From assembly GCA_951406725.2 (NCBI GenBank), contig OX597824.1, positions 56,420,001 through 56,484,000 on the forward strand: 64,000 nt of DNA, read 5' to 3'. The number at the start of each line of letters is the position of its first letter. The stretch's first letter is position 1. Below, piece after piece: positions 1 to 13,015 of the stretch. This stretch comes from Octopus vulgaris. Taxonomy: Eukaryota. The notes under the pieces are model-generated. The model was given only the letters and a program-made list of their open reading frames with translations, was not told where the DNA came from and ran no database searches. The position numbers and the translations under genes are program-made.

Positions 1-429
1 CATATCGCGTGTCGGGCTCCCCACCAGTCATTTAAAAAAAAATTATACGGCTATTAGCCTTGATTAGTCGTAAAACCTTCTCGTTTTTTTCATTGAACGA
101 TATTATTTTGTCTGATTTTTTGACACCTTTTAACACAGGGGGGTGGGGTTTGTTAAAAAGCTGACCTACAAATGTAGTGTTAGCTGGGAGAGATTGGGGA
201 ATTTTTTGCTGTTCTTGCGTGTTTGCAGTTTTTCTTTTTGTTTGGGGAGGGGAGTCCGGGGTGCATTCTTTTTTACGCTTGTATGTCAGTTGTAAATTCC
301 ATTTGGTCGCTTTACTTTTGTTTTTTCTCTTCTTTCTGTTTTTCATTATGTTTTTCACATTGTTTTTTTCTTCCTTTTCTTTTTCGTTTTGCTTCTTTTT
401 GTCACTGTCGTTTTGTTTTTTTTGAGTGA

Positions 430-800
430 CGCTCTCCTGTCTCACTGCGTTTTGGGGAGGGACCTCAACTGTTTTTTTTTTTCGTACAGGTAGAGCGAAT
501 GTGGCCCTTCTGCCCACACTTAATGCATCTGGGCCTACGACCCTCTACCGACACACGAATTGTATGTCCCTCCCCTACGGAGATCCTATCAAGCAAACTT
601 TCGAGGGTTTAGTTGTCCCCTTGGACAACCATCTCTAAACTCTGGCCTCTCCAGTTCGTAGCCTCCTTCATTCTCATGTTCAGTACAGTTACCTTTGCCT
701 CCACGTCGTATACGACTGCCGTTGCTGCCCACATTACATCATACCCGGCCGGTATGTCTTCTACTGATATTTTTGCTGTTTGCCGGCCTAAGTAATGAGG
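430..800 (-). pseudogene. gag-like/ORF1 remnant of a retroelement with a CCHC zinc knuckle
   Basis: Manual minus-strand translation gives PHYLGRQTAKISVEDIP...GDN*TLESLLDRISVGEGHTIRVSVEGRRPRCIKCGQKGHIRSTC. This has CX2CX4HX4C at ~486-527 and one in-frame stop, followed by a K/E-rich low-complexity tail. Confidence 0.6.
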
Positions 801-1780
801 GAAATTACTCTGAAAGAAATCTTTGCCGAAAAAGGAGTAGATTGATTACAAATTTCTTTCATTATGTTATCGCAGTTTTGTGAGATTTGGCTGTTATTAC
901 TAGCATGTAGATAGCCTGCATGAAGGCCAAGGCCATAGAATCGGCAGGGGTTGGGGTCATTTTTTTTACAATTTTTTTTTTCAGAATCATCTCCGTATTT
1001 CGCAAAAAAAAATTTCTGGAAAAAAATGAAGGGGGAGGGTTGAAATCTTGAAGTTGCGATTTTTGAAACACCTTTTCCAAATTTAAAATGCCTACCTCAA
1101 CCTCCTTTCTCCCAAATTAAAAATTTTTCAAATTTCACACCGCCTCTCAGGCAAACCTCACATACAGTCACCCCACACGCATATACAAAAACGTTTTTTT
1201 TTTTTCAGCGGGCTCGGGCGGGCGGGCGGGCGGATTGATGGATGGATGGGTGGATGGATGGATGGCGATCAGTCGTTAAACTGTCACTTATAAACCCACG
1301 TGGGTTTATTTACATTTCTGAAGAAAAAAGATATCCTTCCCCCTAACCCCACTTTACGGAAAGTGACGATATTCTTCAAGTGTAAACAAATACACGTGAT
1401 GTGGGACTCATATAGAAAGAATGCCCCTGGCAAACTTACGATATGAGTAGTTACTGTCAAACTAGAGCACATGCTTTTGTTTACATTTGAAGAAAGAGAT
1501 CATCGCTTTCCGTAAATTTAAAAAAATTTTTTTATATATATATAAGTCAGCGTGAAAGTGAGGCAGAGAGAGCGCGAATGGATTGGGGAAGTTCTTTTTA
1601 AGTTGGCGTTGCTGCTACCTTTTTTTTTATGCTAGCGGTTTAATGCTCAGTTTCATAGATACGTTTTATTAATATGTGAGGTATACTTGCCGTCTCAATA
1701 TGGCTAACCACTAAGGGTGGGTGTTACTGTAGCTTGTAGCCCCAGGAGAACATCGTCTCCAGCTGGATTTAAGGGTTAAA

Positions 1781-3724
1781 ATAGGGCGTTACGTATATCA
1801 GAAAATCAAAAAAAAAAATGTGTGTAATAGGTGTAAAACAACTTCCTATGAACGAATATGAAAAAAAAATTCGCGCACGCGAAAGGGGGGTGGGGGAGAG
1901 GCCTCGGAAAATTCACATCGGGAAGTTCCGAAAGCGTCTGAGGGGCTGACCCGGGCACCAAAACAAAAAAAAAATAGTGTAATATGTGTAAAACAACTTG
2001 CTCTAAACGAATATGACAAAAAAAATTCGCACTCGCGAAAGAGGGGTGGGGGAGAGGCTTCGGAAAATTTAGATCGGGAATTTCTGAAAGCGTCTGAACC
2101 GGGCACAAAAACAAAAACAAAAACAGCGTAATAGGTGTAAAACAACTTGCTCTAAACGACTATCATGAAAAAAATGCGCGCTCGCGAAAGGGGGGTGGGG
2201 GAGAGGCTTCGGAAATTTCCCATCTTCAGTCCACGGCCTTTAAACTAAGAAAAAATAGTGTAATTGGTGTAAAACTACTTGTTCTAAACGAGGATCAAGA
2301 ACACACACTCACACATGAATCATAAACTCCGTATTTTTGTACATATTTCGCAAAAAAAAAAAAATAATAAAGAGAAGAAATTCTGGAAAAAGTGAAGAAA
2401 TGTTGGATCTCATTCCTTGGTTAAAGCTATTTTAAACATTAAATTTATGCTTTTCTTTGAAATAGTTCAGATATATGCAATTCTTCTCACTTATTAAGAT
2501 GCATTTATCAGAAAAAAAGAGACAGAAAAAATAATTATTTTGTGTCAATCCTTCCCTAATTATCCTTTATTAATTAGTTTTGGCGTGTATTTTTTTCCCA
2601 AATTTATTTTTTCACCTTTACAACACTGTTTAGTAAAGCAATTAATTATCTTTATAATTTGCATCTTTGACTTATTAATCAAAATTCTCTAGATGTAATA
2701 TATATTAAGTAATGCATCCTTCATTTATGTGTTCCGTTCTGTATTATGCATGCGTGACTGTTTGTATGTAAGTGTGTTTAACTGTGCACATGAATGTGAA
2801 TATTAAAGAACATATTTATTTACTATGATTGTTATTTTCAGAACAAATAAATCTTTTGGCTGTTGTGTTATTGATGTTATTATTATTGCTAGTTAAAGGG
2901 TGGTGACTTGGCTGAATATTTTGAGTCTTGTAGTATGTAGTTGTGTTAGTCAATATTCTGAGTTCAAATCCAACTCATTTCTTTATCATCATTGTCGATG
3001 GACCACTCAAAGAGGTATGTATACATTATCATTTTCGTAACATATGTTCTGTAGTATTTCAAGATGTTTCTGACACGTATTTTGATTCACATAGCGGAGA
3101 TCCAACATTTCTTCACTTTTTCCAGAATTTCTTCTCTTTATTATTATTTTTTTTTGCGAAATATGTACAAAAATACGGAGTTTATGATTCATGTGTGAGT
3201 GTGTGTTCTTGATCCTCGTTTAGAACAAGTAGTTTTACACCAATTACACTATTTTTTCTTAGTTTAAAGGCCGTGGACTGAAGATGGGAAATTTCCGAAG
3301 CCTCTCCCCCACCCCCCTTTCGCGAGCGCGCATTTTTTTCATGATAGTCGTTTAGAGCAAGTTGTTTTACACCTATTACGCTGTTTTTGTTTTTGTTTTT
3401 GTGCCCGGTTCAGACGCTTTCGGAAATTCCCGATATAAATTTTCCGAAGCCTCTCCCCCACCCCTCTTTCGCGAGTGCGAATTTTTTTGGTCATATTCGT
3501 TTAGAGCAAGTTGTTTTACACATATTACACTATTTTTTTTTGTTTTGGTGCCCGGATCAGCCCCTCGGACGCTTTCGGAACTTCCCGATGTGAATTTTCC
3601 GAGGCATCTCCCCCACCCCCCTTTCGCGTGCGCGAATTTTTTTTTTCATATTCGTTCATAGGAAGTTGTTTTACACCTATTACACACATTTCTTTTTGAT
3701 TTTCTGATATACGTAACGCCCTAT
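1781..3724. mobile_element. Foldback-like element with ~630-bp near-identical inverted arms (1781-2411 / 3097-3724) and a ~685-bp AT-rich spacer
   Basis: ATAGGGCGTTACGTATATCAG at 1781 is mirrored by CTGATATACGTAACGCCCTAT ending 3724. ORF track entries 1806-2145(-) and 3362-3699(+) are near-identical. Each arm has three internal subrepeats (GGGGTGGGGGAGAGGCTTCGGAAA-like). Confidence 0.8.
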
Positions 3725-3786
3725 ATTAACCGATTTAGGCACACTCTCTGTGCTCTTATGGTATTTGCAAAGGGAGGTCAACCTAA

Positions 3787-3845
3787 GTGATACGCACGGA
3801 CTGCAGTTTCTAGGTTTTGACCTGTCATCAGCGTACGGCAATCAC
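3787..3845 (-). ncRNA. Type I hammerhead ribozyme motif
   Basis: Minus strand reads gtgattgc-cgtacg CTGATGA c-aggt-caaa-acct-a GAAA ctgcag TC cgtgcg-tatcac. Stem I is cgtacg/cgtgcg, stem III is the palindrome ACTGCAGT, and the site is GUC (C17 opposite g3799). Confidence 0.75.
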
Positions 3846-4429
3846 CAGTTTTCGATGAAAGGCGGTCCCAATGCAAACACTTATATCGTTTTTCCAGTAA
3901 CTTTTCGTCACTGATTTCGAAAAACCGCACGTTTTATCAATATTTTTTCGTTTATATTATTTGTTTTGAAATGTATTATATAAATACAGGCCCATAATTC
4001 AATTCTTGTTAGTATGAATCAGGAAGCCCTTGGATGCAGAGACGTTTGCAACTGAAAATCTTTTAATTTTCGTTTTGCACACTCACGCATGTACACACAA
4101 ACACACACACACAGCGACACACAAGCAGAGTTTGCACTCACACACAGTGACACACAAGCAGGGTTTTGCACACACACACACACACACGCCTGTACATACA
4201 AACACCGACTCACATACACACTCTCACACATACACACACACTCTCACACACACACACGCACATCAATTCTTCTGATTCACGCCAACTTCAAAAGATCCCA
4301 TTTCCCCCCAACCCCATATGTAAAAAAAAAAAATAAAATTTTACGGATCATCTTCACAAAAGTAAATAAACATACGTGGTTTGTAACTAGCAGTCGTGTG
4401 TTCTTTGTAACGAAAGATCGCCAGAAACC

Positions 4430-5545
4430 TTTTTGAAAGGGGGCGAGAGGAGGAGTTCCTGGAAAACGGAGTTTCGGATCAGACGGTCCACATAAGTTGG
4501 AATTTCTCCGTTTTGACGGAAATTTTTTCCAAATTTTTTTTTCAGTACAGTCTTTGGGAGGCATCTTTTTACGAAAAAATGAAAAAATTTTTTTTGAAAA
4601 TCTCTGATTTTTTTTTCACTCTCACCACCTCAGTCGGGACCGATTTTGGCCAATTTTTGTTTTTCACAACGCAAGAGAAACATTTCCGGTTCTAAAATAA
4701 ATATCTTTTCAGAGGAAAAAGTATGATTTAAGGGAGATTTGGCTGTTATTTCTAGCACATCCCAAGACCTCACTCTCACATCTATTTATGGAATGATGAT
4801 GCTAAAGTAACACACGTGTAGACCATTGTTGGGATATAAACAGAGAAAAAAAAGTTAGAATTTTTACTCGCACCCCAACTGAGCGCAGCCGTGCATGTGT
4901 GTGTGTAAGGAAAAAACATTTTATCAGAAAATTATGCTAACAAAATGAATAATTTTTTACATACCTCTTATTAAAATCACTCTGGATTAATCTTAATCAG
5001 CAATAATCTTCTCAGGCTCTCCAATATTTTAGAATTATATAAACAGAAACAATCGGGGGCAGAGAGTGGGGATAAAAAATTATAAATTTCAAATTTTTCT
5101 TCTTTTTTTTTATCATGTAAATGTGTTTTTTTTGGAAAATACTGAAAAACATCAACATATTTGAGTGAGAAAAAAACAAGGAGAATAGTCTTGCGATGTG
5201 CTAGAAGCAACAGCCAAATCTCCCTTAAATCACCTTTTTCCTCTGAAAAGATTAATTTTTTTTTAACCAGAAAGCTTTAGTGAAAAAAAAAAAAAAAGAA
5301 AAGGAAAAAATTGGTCAAAATCAGTCCAGACTGGGGTGGTGAGGAAGCGGCAGGAGTGAAAAAAATTATAGATTTTCAAAAAATTCTTCATGTTTTTGTG
5401 AAAAGATGCCTGCCATAATCCAAAGACTGTGCTGGAAAAAAAATTATAAAAAATCCCCGTCAAAACGGAGAATTTCCAACTTATGTGGTCCATCTGATGT
5501 GAAACTCCGTTTTCTAGAAACTCCTCCCCCCACCCCTTCCAAAAC
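4430..5545. mobile_element. Older inverted-repeat element, with diverged arms ~4430-4768 and ~5188-5545
   Basis: The reverse complement of the right arm aligns along its length with the left arm, e.g. GAAAACGGAGTTTC..CCACATAAGTTGG..TTCTCCGTTTTGACGG and TCTTTTCAGAGGAAAAA..GATTTAAGGGAGATTTGGCTGTT. Confidence 0.7.
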
Positions 5546-5750
5546 ATTTTGCCTACAAATTTCTTTGTAATCATAATCTACACTGTTTGAAAGGTATTTG
5601 TATAAAATTTCATTAAAAAATACCCATTTTCCTGAAAGTTATGAGGGATAAAATGGGTCGTGTGAATTTTCTGAAATTCCTCTCCCCAACTCCTCAGAAA
5701 ATTTTTTTCAAACAAATCTTTACATACACTCAATCTACAGGAAGAAGAAA

Positions 5751-8700
5751 AATCCTTCAAAAGGTGATACAAATATGCAGTGTGGCACGCCTATAGTTTA
5801 AAACATGCACTTTAAGATAAGCATTATTGCCAATGTGAAAATCGAAAATGGTGACCAAAAATCCAAGATGGTGTCCAGCATTAAAAATTATATAATAAAC
5901 GTCATTTATTATGCAGAATTTTACACAAGTAGCCTTATATTTATCTTTTGAAGTAATTTTCTATCTTCTTCACTAATTCAGGTTATACAGGTTTCATCAT
6001 CAATCAAATGCATGAACAGGCACAAAGGGAAGTACAAGGAAGGGCTGACTTCTTGCATGTGACTTCCTGCACACTCAGTTTTGCATTGGCACTTTTTAAG
6101 TGCTTGGCATTGTTCTGCTATGGCTCTTAGTTCAGTCCAGTGAACAGTGAATGTGCCATTGTCATTTTTTCCCCACCCCAGATGATAGGTGATGATAGTG
6201 CTGGCTTCATCTGGAGAGCCTGGCCCCATATGTGCCCTGCCTGATATATAGCTCATTGGATGTGCTGAATAAGAGCTCCTCATGTGGGTGGGATTGTATC
6301 ATAGTGTCTGTTCTTTTCTGCAAACATGATTTTCCAGGCTTTATTTACAGACAACTCCGAATTGGATCCATCACACAGTAGAACAACGAATCATTCTATT
6401 ACTTGCATCTGATCTTCCGTGATGTCTGCACAAAGTGCAGACAGCTGGTGAAATGTGTTATTGGCTTGAGGAAAAATAACCCAGGTTTGAAAGCAGGATT
6501 TTTTGCCTCTTTCTTTAAAAGCATTTACTGTGTCACAACAAACAGGCCTTCTCCCCAAGCTTACTGACTATGTTGAGGACTGGTAACCATCTCCTGCTTT
6601 TATCCATTCTGTACATAACCCACAAGTGGTCTAGACCACATCTCTTCAAAACAGGGAATGCTGCCACTGCTATGACAACTATATCAATGTCATTTGCAAG
6701 GATGGTTGCTCTATTGATGTAGCTGTGCTTCACAGCATTCATGACGTGGACTAAAATCCTAGTGTCAGCTTCTTCATGGGAACTGTCAGTCATGTCTTCT
6801 ATCATTTGTTTTATCTCGTCTTCTTTATTGCTAACACATGATGCCATGGTTGTAGCAAACACTAGTCCACCAGTAGCTTGTTTCAGCTTATGGGCTAGGA
6901 AAGTATGCAGTTCTTTTTTTGTTCTCCTTTTGAAGAAAACCGGGCCAATTTTGGGGAACTTTTCCTTTTTTTGGTTACTCAGTGTCAGGATCCCCTACCT
7001 CTTTGTTATTTCATAAATGATTTCAGTGACTGTGAATTGTAAATATTGAATATTATATCAGTGTGTCTGTACCTCTCAGCATATTTGTTTATCTTTCCAA
7101 CAAAGTTGTGTTCAGCATAGTCCTTAAAGGTTAGATGCTTGGGTTGAATATTGTGGGCTAGGTGTGCTCTGTCAATGAATATGGCAACAGTTTCTGGCTC
7201 GTCTGCTAACATTTCCACCTGCTTCTTTAGGCATGCAATAAGTTCTGATTTTGTTCAATGGTAGAGATTTCCATTTGAACTGATGGAAGCTGGGAAGTTA
7301 GCATTTTTGCACCTGAAGAACTCTTCGAAATCTACTTGTCTTGTTTGGCAAGTGATGAACAAGTTTGCAAAAAGATTGCAGTCTTGTTCCACAGCATTCT
7401 TAAGCTTCCTTGCAGTCTTTGTTCTGGGCTTGTTGAATATTTTGAAGTTGTTCTACTTCAAAGTGTGACATACATTTTCTATATTAAATATAAACCACTC
7501 AAACTGCTTCATTCCTTCAGGAATGTAGTTCTTCAAAGTATCGACTGCATCACTGTCCATTCGTGCTGTGATGTATTGGTATGTTGCCTGATTTTTGATA
7601 ACTCATCATATTCCCCAACAAGATGACATATCTCCGGCCCTGACACCATCCATCTTAGCAAGGCAGACTAATTGTCTGTGATACCTACAGCTTCTCCATC
7701 TTCCTTGATTAGAGCATTATTTTGCTCATGGACTTGATCCACTCCGATGGCAGAGAACAGTCTTTCCATCTTGTGGATCTCAAACCTTCCTGCTGCAAAC
7801 TCTTCATTGACAGATGGATTGGCCTCAGGCAGTTTTAGCATATCAGTGATGTGCACAGAAAACCATCTTGCATAATGGGTGCTGTCATTGGCAAAGAAGT
7901 ACAACATCAAGGCATTCAGTGAGGCAAGGTACCCTGTGAAATCGCCCACCCTGATGGATCTGATAAACCCGAGGATGTACCATGTTCCAATACCAGAACT
8001 GGGGTTCCTGAGCTTCTCATTTGGCACACCAGTCATCAAAACTCTTAGACTTATCACTTGCCTCATATGCCCTTTAGCTGATACAAGCTGCAGGATGTTA
8101 CTTGATGTATTCTTCTTGTTTTTGTTACACTAGAGGCAGACAAGAAAGAATCAGCTGTGCCAGAGGTTGCAATGTCAGATTCATCACTCACTAGTGTCTA
8201 CCCACTGCCTTTGCGCAAACTACCAGCTACTCTTAAAATGGCCATCGCAGTGTGCAGTGAACCCATTAGTATGACAAAACTGCCATCCATTTGTGGCCAC
8301 TTCCATTGAATCTGCTTGGCTAGTGCAAACAGTGGCTGATCTACAGCCAGAACTGAACTCTGTCTGGATTTAAGTGATGTAAGATGCCTTTGATGTGATG
8401 CTTGATAGTTGACAGCTCGTTAGAATGGTCTCTTAGGGAATAAGGGCAGACATATCCACATCAAATTTCAAATTTTTCACTTGTTAAGCATTGTGTGCTG
8501 ACCATGTCACTTTAATGGTATTGTCGTAGATTTCTGCAAGAGCTACTGACTGCAACCAGTCATACTCAGGTTTTAGATTTGGCACTCCAAGTAAGGTGGG
8601 AATGTCACTCGAAGGAAGTATAGGGCACTTCTCCAGAAAAGCTGGTTTTACTTTCGTGTAGCTTTCTGAGAGCTCAGGAGTCTTTTTGATCTTTTTTCTT

Positions 8701-10529
8701 TAGAGCCAGTTCTGCTTGAGGCTCTCCTCTTGCGGTACTTTGGAACTGAGAAATACTTGTCCCATGGAATGATGTTCTTGCTGTTGTTGCTTTTGGGTCA
8801 TAGTCAATGTTATCTACAGCCACAAGTGTGAACATGCTGCACTTCATCTGTGGTGGACACACTATGTCATCTTCAACATACTGACTAACAACAGCTTCAC
8901 CCAGCTGGTTTGATATTTCAAGTATGTGATCATATGAGACAGATAATCCGTGTTCAAACAGTCTGTCCACTAACTGTTTTTTCCGAGTCCTTGAATACAG
9001 AGACAGTCCCAAATAAACAGATAAAGGTGGTTCTCTCTTATTTGAGTGTTTATAACTTGTAGCTGTGGGCTTTTTCTTGGAACAGCAGTTAAACTGTAGC
9101 AATTTAGCCATTGCAACATCAACTTTTGACACACCACTTTCCATTTGCTGCCTTGATACCTGATCTGTGGGTAAGACAGGTGACAAACTGTTGCAGCTCT
9201 GGAGGGACACTTGAGTTTAGGTACTGGCTATCAAACTTACCATCAAATGAACTGGAGCATTGGAGAATCTTCTTCCTGAGTATATCAGCAGTTTTCAGGA
9301 TAAGTATGGTTTCATTATAGTTTATTGTGTCTGAAGATGGAACTTGTCTGATGTCTTTTTGGAAAGCTATTATCACATCTCTTCCACAATTATATGCCTC
9401 TACCTCTGGAACATGGAACAAGATCCTCTTCTTCAGGTTAGTAGCATTCACATTTGGTTCTGCCACATCTAACTGAACTAGCTGTTCACAATACATTTTT
9501 GTTAGATCAGCCTGTTGGAATACAGTCACATGATCTGCTCTGGCAGCATTCCTACTTTCATGTAACTAAGCAAGTAGTTCAGAGAAAGCAAATGGACATC
9601 CACTGTTACTATCACTGTTCTCAAGCCTCCTTTCTTCGGATTTTAAAGAACAAGCTTTGTTTTGCAGGCCTATATAGCAATGCAGATGATATTTCAGCTC
9701 TTGGGCAACTGCATCAGAGCCACTAAGCTTGGTTTGCAATTTGCTGTCACTCAAAGTCAGTGCAATCTCCCTTAGTGATACACCAATTTGCATTGTTGAT
9801 GCATGTCTCAAATTTTCCCAAATGTCCTCCTTTTTACAGATGAAACAAATATTCTGTTTTCTGTTGATGTGCTGCTTTTTGGTCCTTTGCATCATTTCTT
9901 TTTAGTGTCTCCTCCATGCCAAGATTGCCTTCATCTAGCCTGGCCAGATTGATGGTTATGGGAAGGTCACTAAGGAATATTTTTGTGCAGTCTTGTAGCC
10001 GTTGCTGTTGGGGAAGTAATGGGTAATTAGCTTGTTGGAGTCTCTCCATAGTGGCATTTTGGCATAGGCAGCACTTTGTCCAGTCTGTGGGGATGTGTAC
10101 GCTTGCCATGTTCATACTTACAAAATTGAAACATATATCAGACATGACAATATGTTACAATGTCTAAGGGTATTGTTATAAAAATAAAATAAACAGCCTT
10201 AAAAGACTCTGAAACAATAGAAGTTCAATACAGTTATGTTATTTTTAATTGTAAATTGGTATTCTTATTCTACAAATGTTGAGTATGTGTGCATTTGTTT
10301 TTGAATGCATTTATGCCTCGTTATGCTAAGTCAGCTGTAGTTCAGTGTGGCAGACAGTGTGTATGTGACCATTGATGAGAGAGGTTGTGATGGCTGCTAT
10401 TTTCGATTTTCCCGTTGACAATCATGCCTATCTTAAAGAGCATGTTTTAAATTAGAAGTGTGCCAAGTTGCATGTTTGTATCACATTTTGAAGGATTCTT
10501 ACAATATTTGAAGTTTATCCTATTCACTA
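5751..10529 (-). mobile_element. Decayed Academ-like (AcademX) DNA transposon with TIRs and a fragmented transposase/XPG-like/Cys-rich ORF
   Basis: TIRs lie at ~5751-5856 and ~10392-10497 (AATCCTTCAAAAxGTGATACAAAxATGCA...AAAATCGAAAAT). The putative right terminus is CTA at 10529. Minus-strand ORF fragments from 10145 down to ~5980 include DWTKCCLCQ, CFIC..YHLHCY, LFEHGLSVSYD, VDNIDY..SFHGT, FSAIGVDQVHEQNN, HEEADTRILVH..DIDIVV (XPG/FEN-like) and a terminal CQC..C cluster. Confidence 0.7.
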
Positions 10530-11149
10530 TAAGCGATTATTTGTTGAAAGTTTCATTAAAAAGTATCCATTTTTCTGGAAGTTATAAGGCAATGAAGTTG
10601 GTGGGTTACATCTGTAGTTATGCCAAAAAACGTTTTATTGCATCAGTGTTTTTCTTTAATCAACTGTACATGTGTTTTCGTTTCATTTTGCTTGTTATTT
10701 CTCGCAAGTCCAAAGCAAAACTTGTGACTATGACAATAATATTATTCTAATTGTATGTAAATATAAATCTTCAAGTGGTTGGAAGAAAATGAAAAATATG
10801 TATACAGTTCTGTGGATAAACGATATACTGGAATTGCCATGGCAACAAACAGTTTCCACTTCTGCTTGTGAAGACAGTCTTATTTCATTGGCTAAAATTA
10901 CATAACTTTAAATGCTTCTAACTTCTTTACTATTCGTTTTTGTTTTTTTGAAAAAATAACTACAATTTTCATCATGAGCATGCAAAACTGTTGGGTTGGC
11001 AAAACAATTCATAGCATTTTTCAGTTGGTGATGTTTAATCATGTGATCTATTTTATCATCTGACAAGAACATGTGTCATATTTTTCTATTTGAATTTTCT
11101 AAGGTCTTCTAGAAATCATGGTATTGTTGCTAAGAGGTGTATGCTTGTT

Positions 11150-11890
11150 TTATAGACCTTGAAAAGGTATATGACCACATGGTCCACATGATCATAGAAC
11201 ATGCTGTGGGGGGCTTTGCAGGATTTTGGAATTAATAGGCAATAAATCCTCATACAAATACCCAGATGTTTGTGTTCAGATGAATGGTGCTAATTCACAA
11301 CCTTGCAATGTTGATGTTGTTCTTTGGCAGGAGGGTGTATTTTCACCTTTCTTTTTTTGTGAACTGGGTTAACATGTGTAGCTTTTGTGGAAGTGATATC
11401 ACAATGCGTGTAGGATCGGTTGGCAGATATTTGAAGATGACATGGGACTACTTGACTCATCAGAAGGTCATCTTCAGCATGCACTAAATGGGTTGTTTGC
11501 TGCCTCAGAGTTTTTGCTATACCAATTGGTCTGGTCAACCACAGTACACTCAAGATTGTTGGGCTGGAGTTCAGCCCAATTCAGATTGGACTTGAGGTTG
11601 TCTTTATACCTTTTCCTTGGGCAACCTTGGGTGCAACTGCTCTTCTCAAGTTCACTGTAGAATAACTGTGGTGACATCCTGGATTGATCCATGGTTCACA
11701 TGGTCAGTCCATCCAAGCTGGAGACCACCTTCTGATATGCCAAACTGCACCATGTCATCTGCAAATATCAACCAACTGATCCTACACTCACTGATCATGA
11801 AATCATTTCCACAATGACTGTGCATGTCAATCCAGTTCATAACAATTATGAAAAAGAAAGAATATACACTCCTGCTGAAGTCTAACATCC
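11150..11890 (-). mobile_element. Degenerate RTE-clade LINE fragments
   Basis: The fragments include LIFADDMV (RT motif) and PQLFYSEL...GCPRKRYKDNLKSNL (RTE/BovB-type C-terminus). Confidence 0.6.
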
Positions 11891-11906
11891 ATATTGAAAG
11901 GTTTCA

Positions 11907-11963
<57 letters not shown>

Positions 11964-12158
11964 ATAGAGAGAGAGAGAGAGAGTCATAAATGACAGAAAT
12001 ATTTAGGTGAATCTTTATTTAACGATAAAAAATCCAAATATCACATCAAAATTGTTTTATTACTCAAAGAACATGTAAATAAACTTATATTTAAGGAACT
12101 TGTTTAATGAGTACTTGAATATGGATTACTTGAATCCATATATTGTGACTTAAATTCT

Positions 12159-12188
<30 letters not shown>

Positions 12189-12189
<1 letters not shown>

Positions 12190-12349
12190 GTGTGGGAGTG
12201 GCTATATGGTAAGTAGCTTGCTTACCAACCACATGGTTCCAGGTTCAGGCCCACTGCGTGGCACTTTGGGCGGGTGTCTTCTACTATAGCGCCAGGCAGA
12301 CCAAAGCCTTGTGAGTGGATTTGGTAGACAGAAACTAAAAGAAGCCTGT

Positions 12350-12352
<3 letters not shown>
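12189..12352 (+). mobile_element. tRNA-derived SINE, 5' half
   Basis: The head GGAGTGGCTxTxTGGTAAG (A-box-like) ... GGTTCAGxCCC (B-box-like) is shared with 12433 and 62391, and the copy sits in (TA)n. Confidence 0.7.
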
Positions 12353-12419
<67 letters not shown>

Positions 12420-12432
12420 ATTATATATATAG

Positions 12433-12800
12433 AGTGGCTGTGTGGTAAGTAGCTTGCTAACCAACCACATGGTTGCGGGTTCAGTCCCACTGCGTGGTAT
12501 CTTGGGCAAGTGTCTTCTGCTATAGCCCCGGGCCGACCAATGCCTTGTGAGTGGATTTGGTAGACGGAAACTGTCGTATATATGTATATATATGTGTGTC
12601 TGTGTTTGTCCCCCTAGCATTGCTTGACAACCGATGCTGGTGTGTCTACGTCCCCGCCACTTAGCGGTTCGGCAAAAGAGACCGATAGAATAAGTACTGG
12701 GCTTACAAAGAATAAGTTCCGGGGTCGATTTGATCGACTAAAGGTGGTGCTCCAGCATGGCCGCAGTCAAATGACTGAAACGAGTAAAAGAGTAAAGAGT
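12433..12800 (+). mobile_element. tRNA-derived SINE, full-length copy
   Basis: It has the A/B-box-like head, an internal (TA/TG)n tract, and the 3' body ACTTAGCGGTTCGGCAAAAGAGACCGATAGAATAAGTACT...CTCCAGCATGGCCGCAGTC. Related copies are at 13333-13465, 62391-62780 and 63586-63765. Confidence 0.75.
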
Positions 12801-12845
12801 GTAAATAAATGAAAGAATGGAGTTGAACGACGATCTAACAAAATT

Positions 12846-12940
12846 CTTTTATTCTCGACATATGTTTCGAAGACTGCATATTCCTAATTTCGAAGGAATA
12901 AGGGGTGCATTATGCCACCTTCTCATCAGGAAAGACAAGG
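12846..12940 (-). ncRNA. Type I hammerhead ribozyme motif (inverted copy)
   Basis: This is the reverse complement of the 13016-13110 motif, with TCATCAG at 12923-12929 and GACATATGTTTC at 12857-12868. Confidence 0.7.
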
Positions 12941-13015
12941 AACTTGTCCATCGCTATGGACTCCGTGTGGGCAGTCATCTAAAAGTTTTTGTTCATCATG
13001 ATGCTGACATAAGTT

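Noticed and set aside
32-517. 161-aa Lys-rich ORF
   Set aside because: It comes from low-complexity T/A-run sequence. Only the upstream zinc-knuckle frame is interpretable.
2960-3020. Candidate GXYLT upstream exon ending at the strong donor AG|GTATGT (3014)
   Set aside because: The phase-compatible frame hits a stop at ~2959, and there is no transmembrane segment or clear acceptor.
3272-3315. CTGAAGA...GAAG in the foldback arm resembling a hammerhead
   Set aside because: It has GAAG instead of GAAA and no convincing stem I or stem III.
10833-10846. RFX X-box-like palindrome TTGCCATGGCAAC
   Set aside because: It is a single short motif with no evidence of a nearby promoter.
12189-12270. tRNA gene
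   Set aside because: It has A/B-box-like motifs but no cloverleaf, and it continues into a repeated SINE body.
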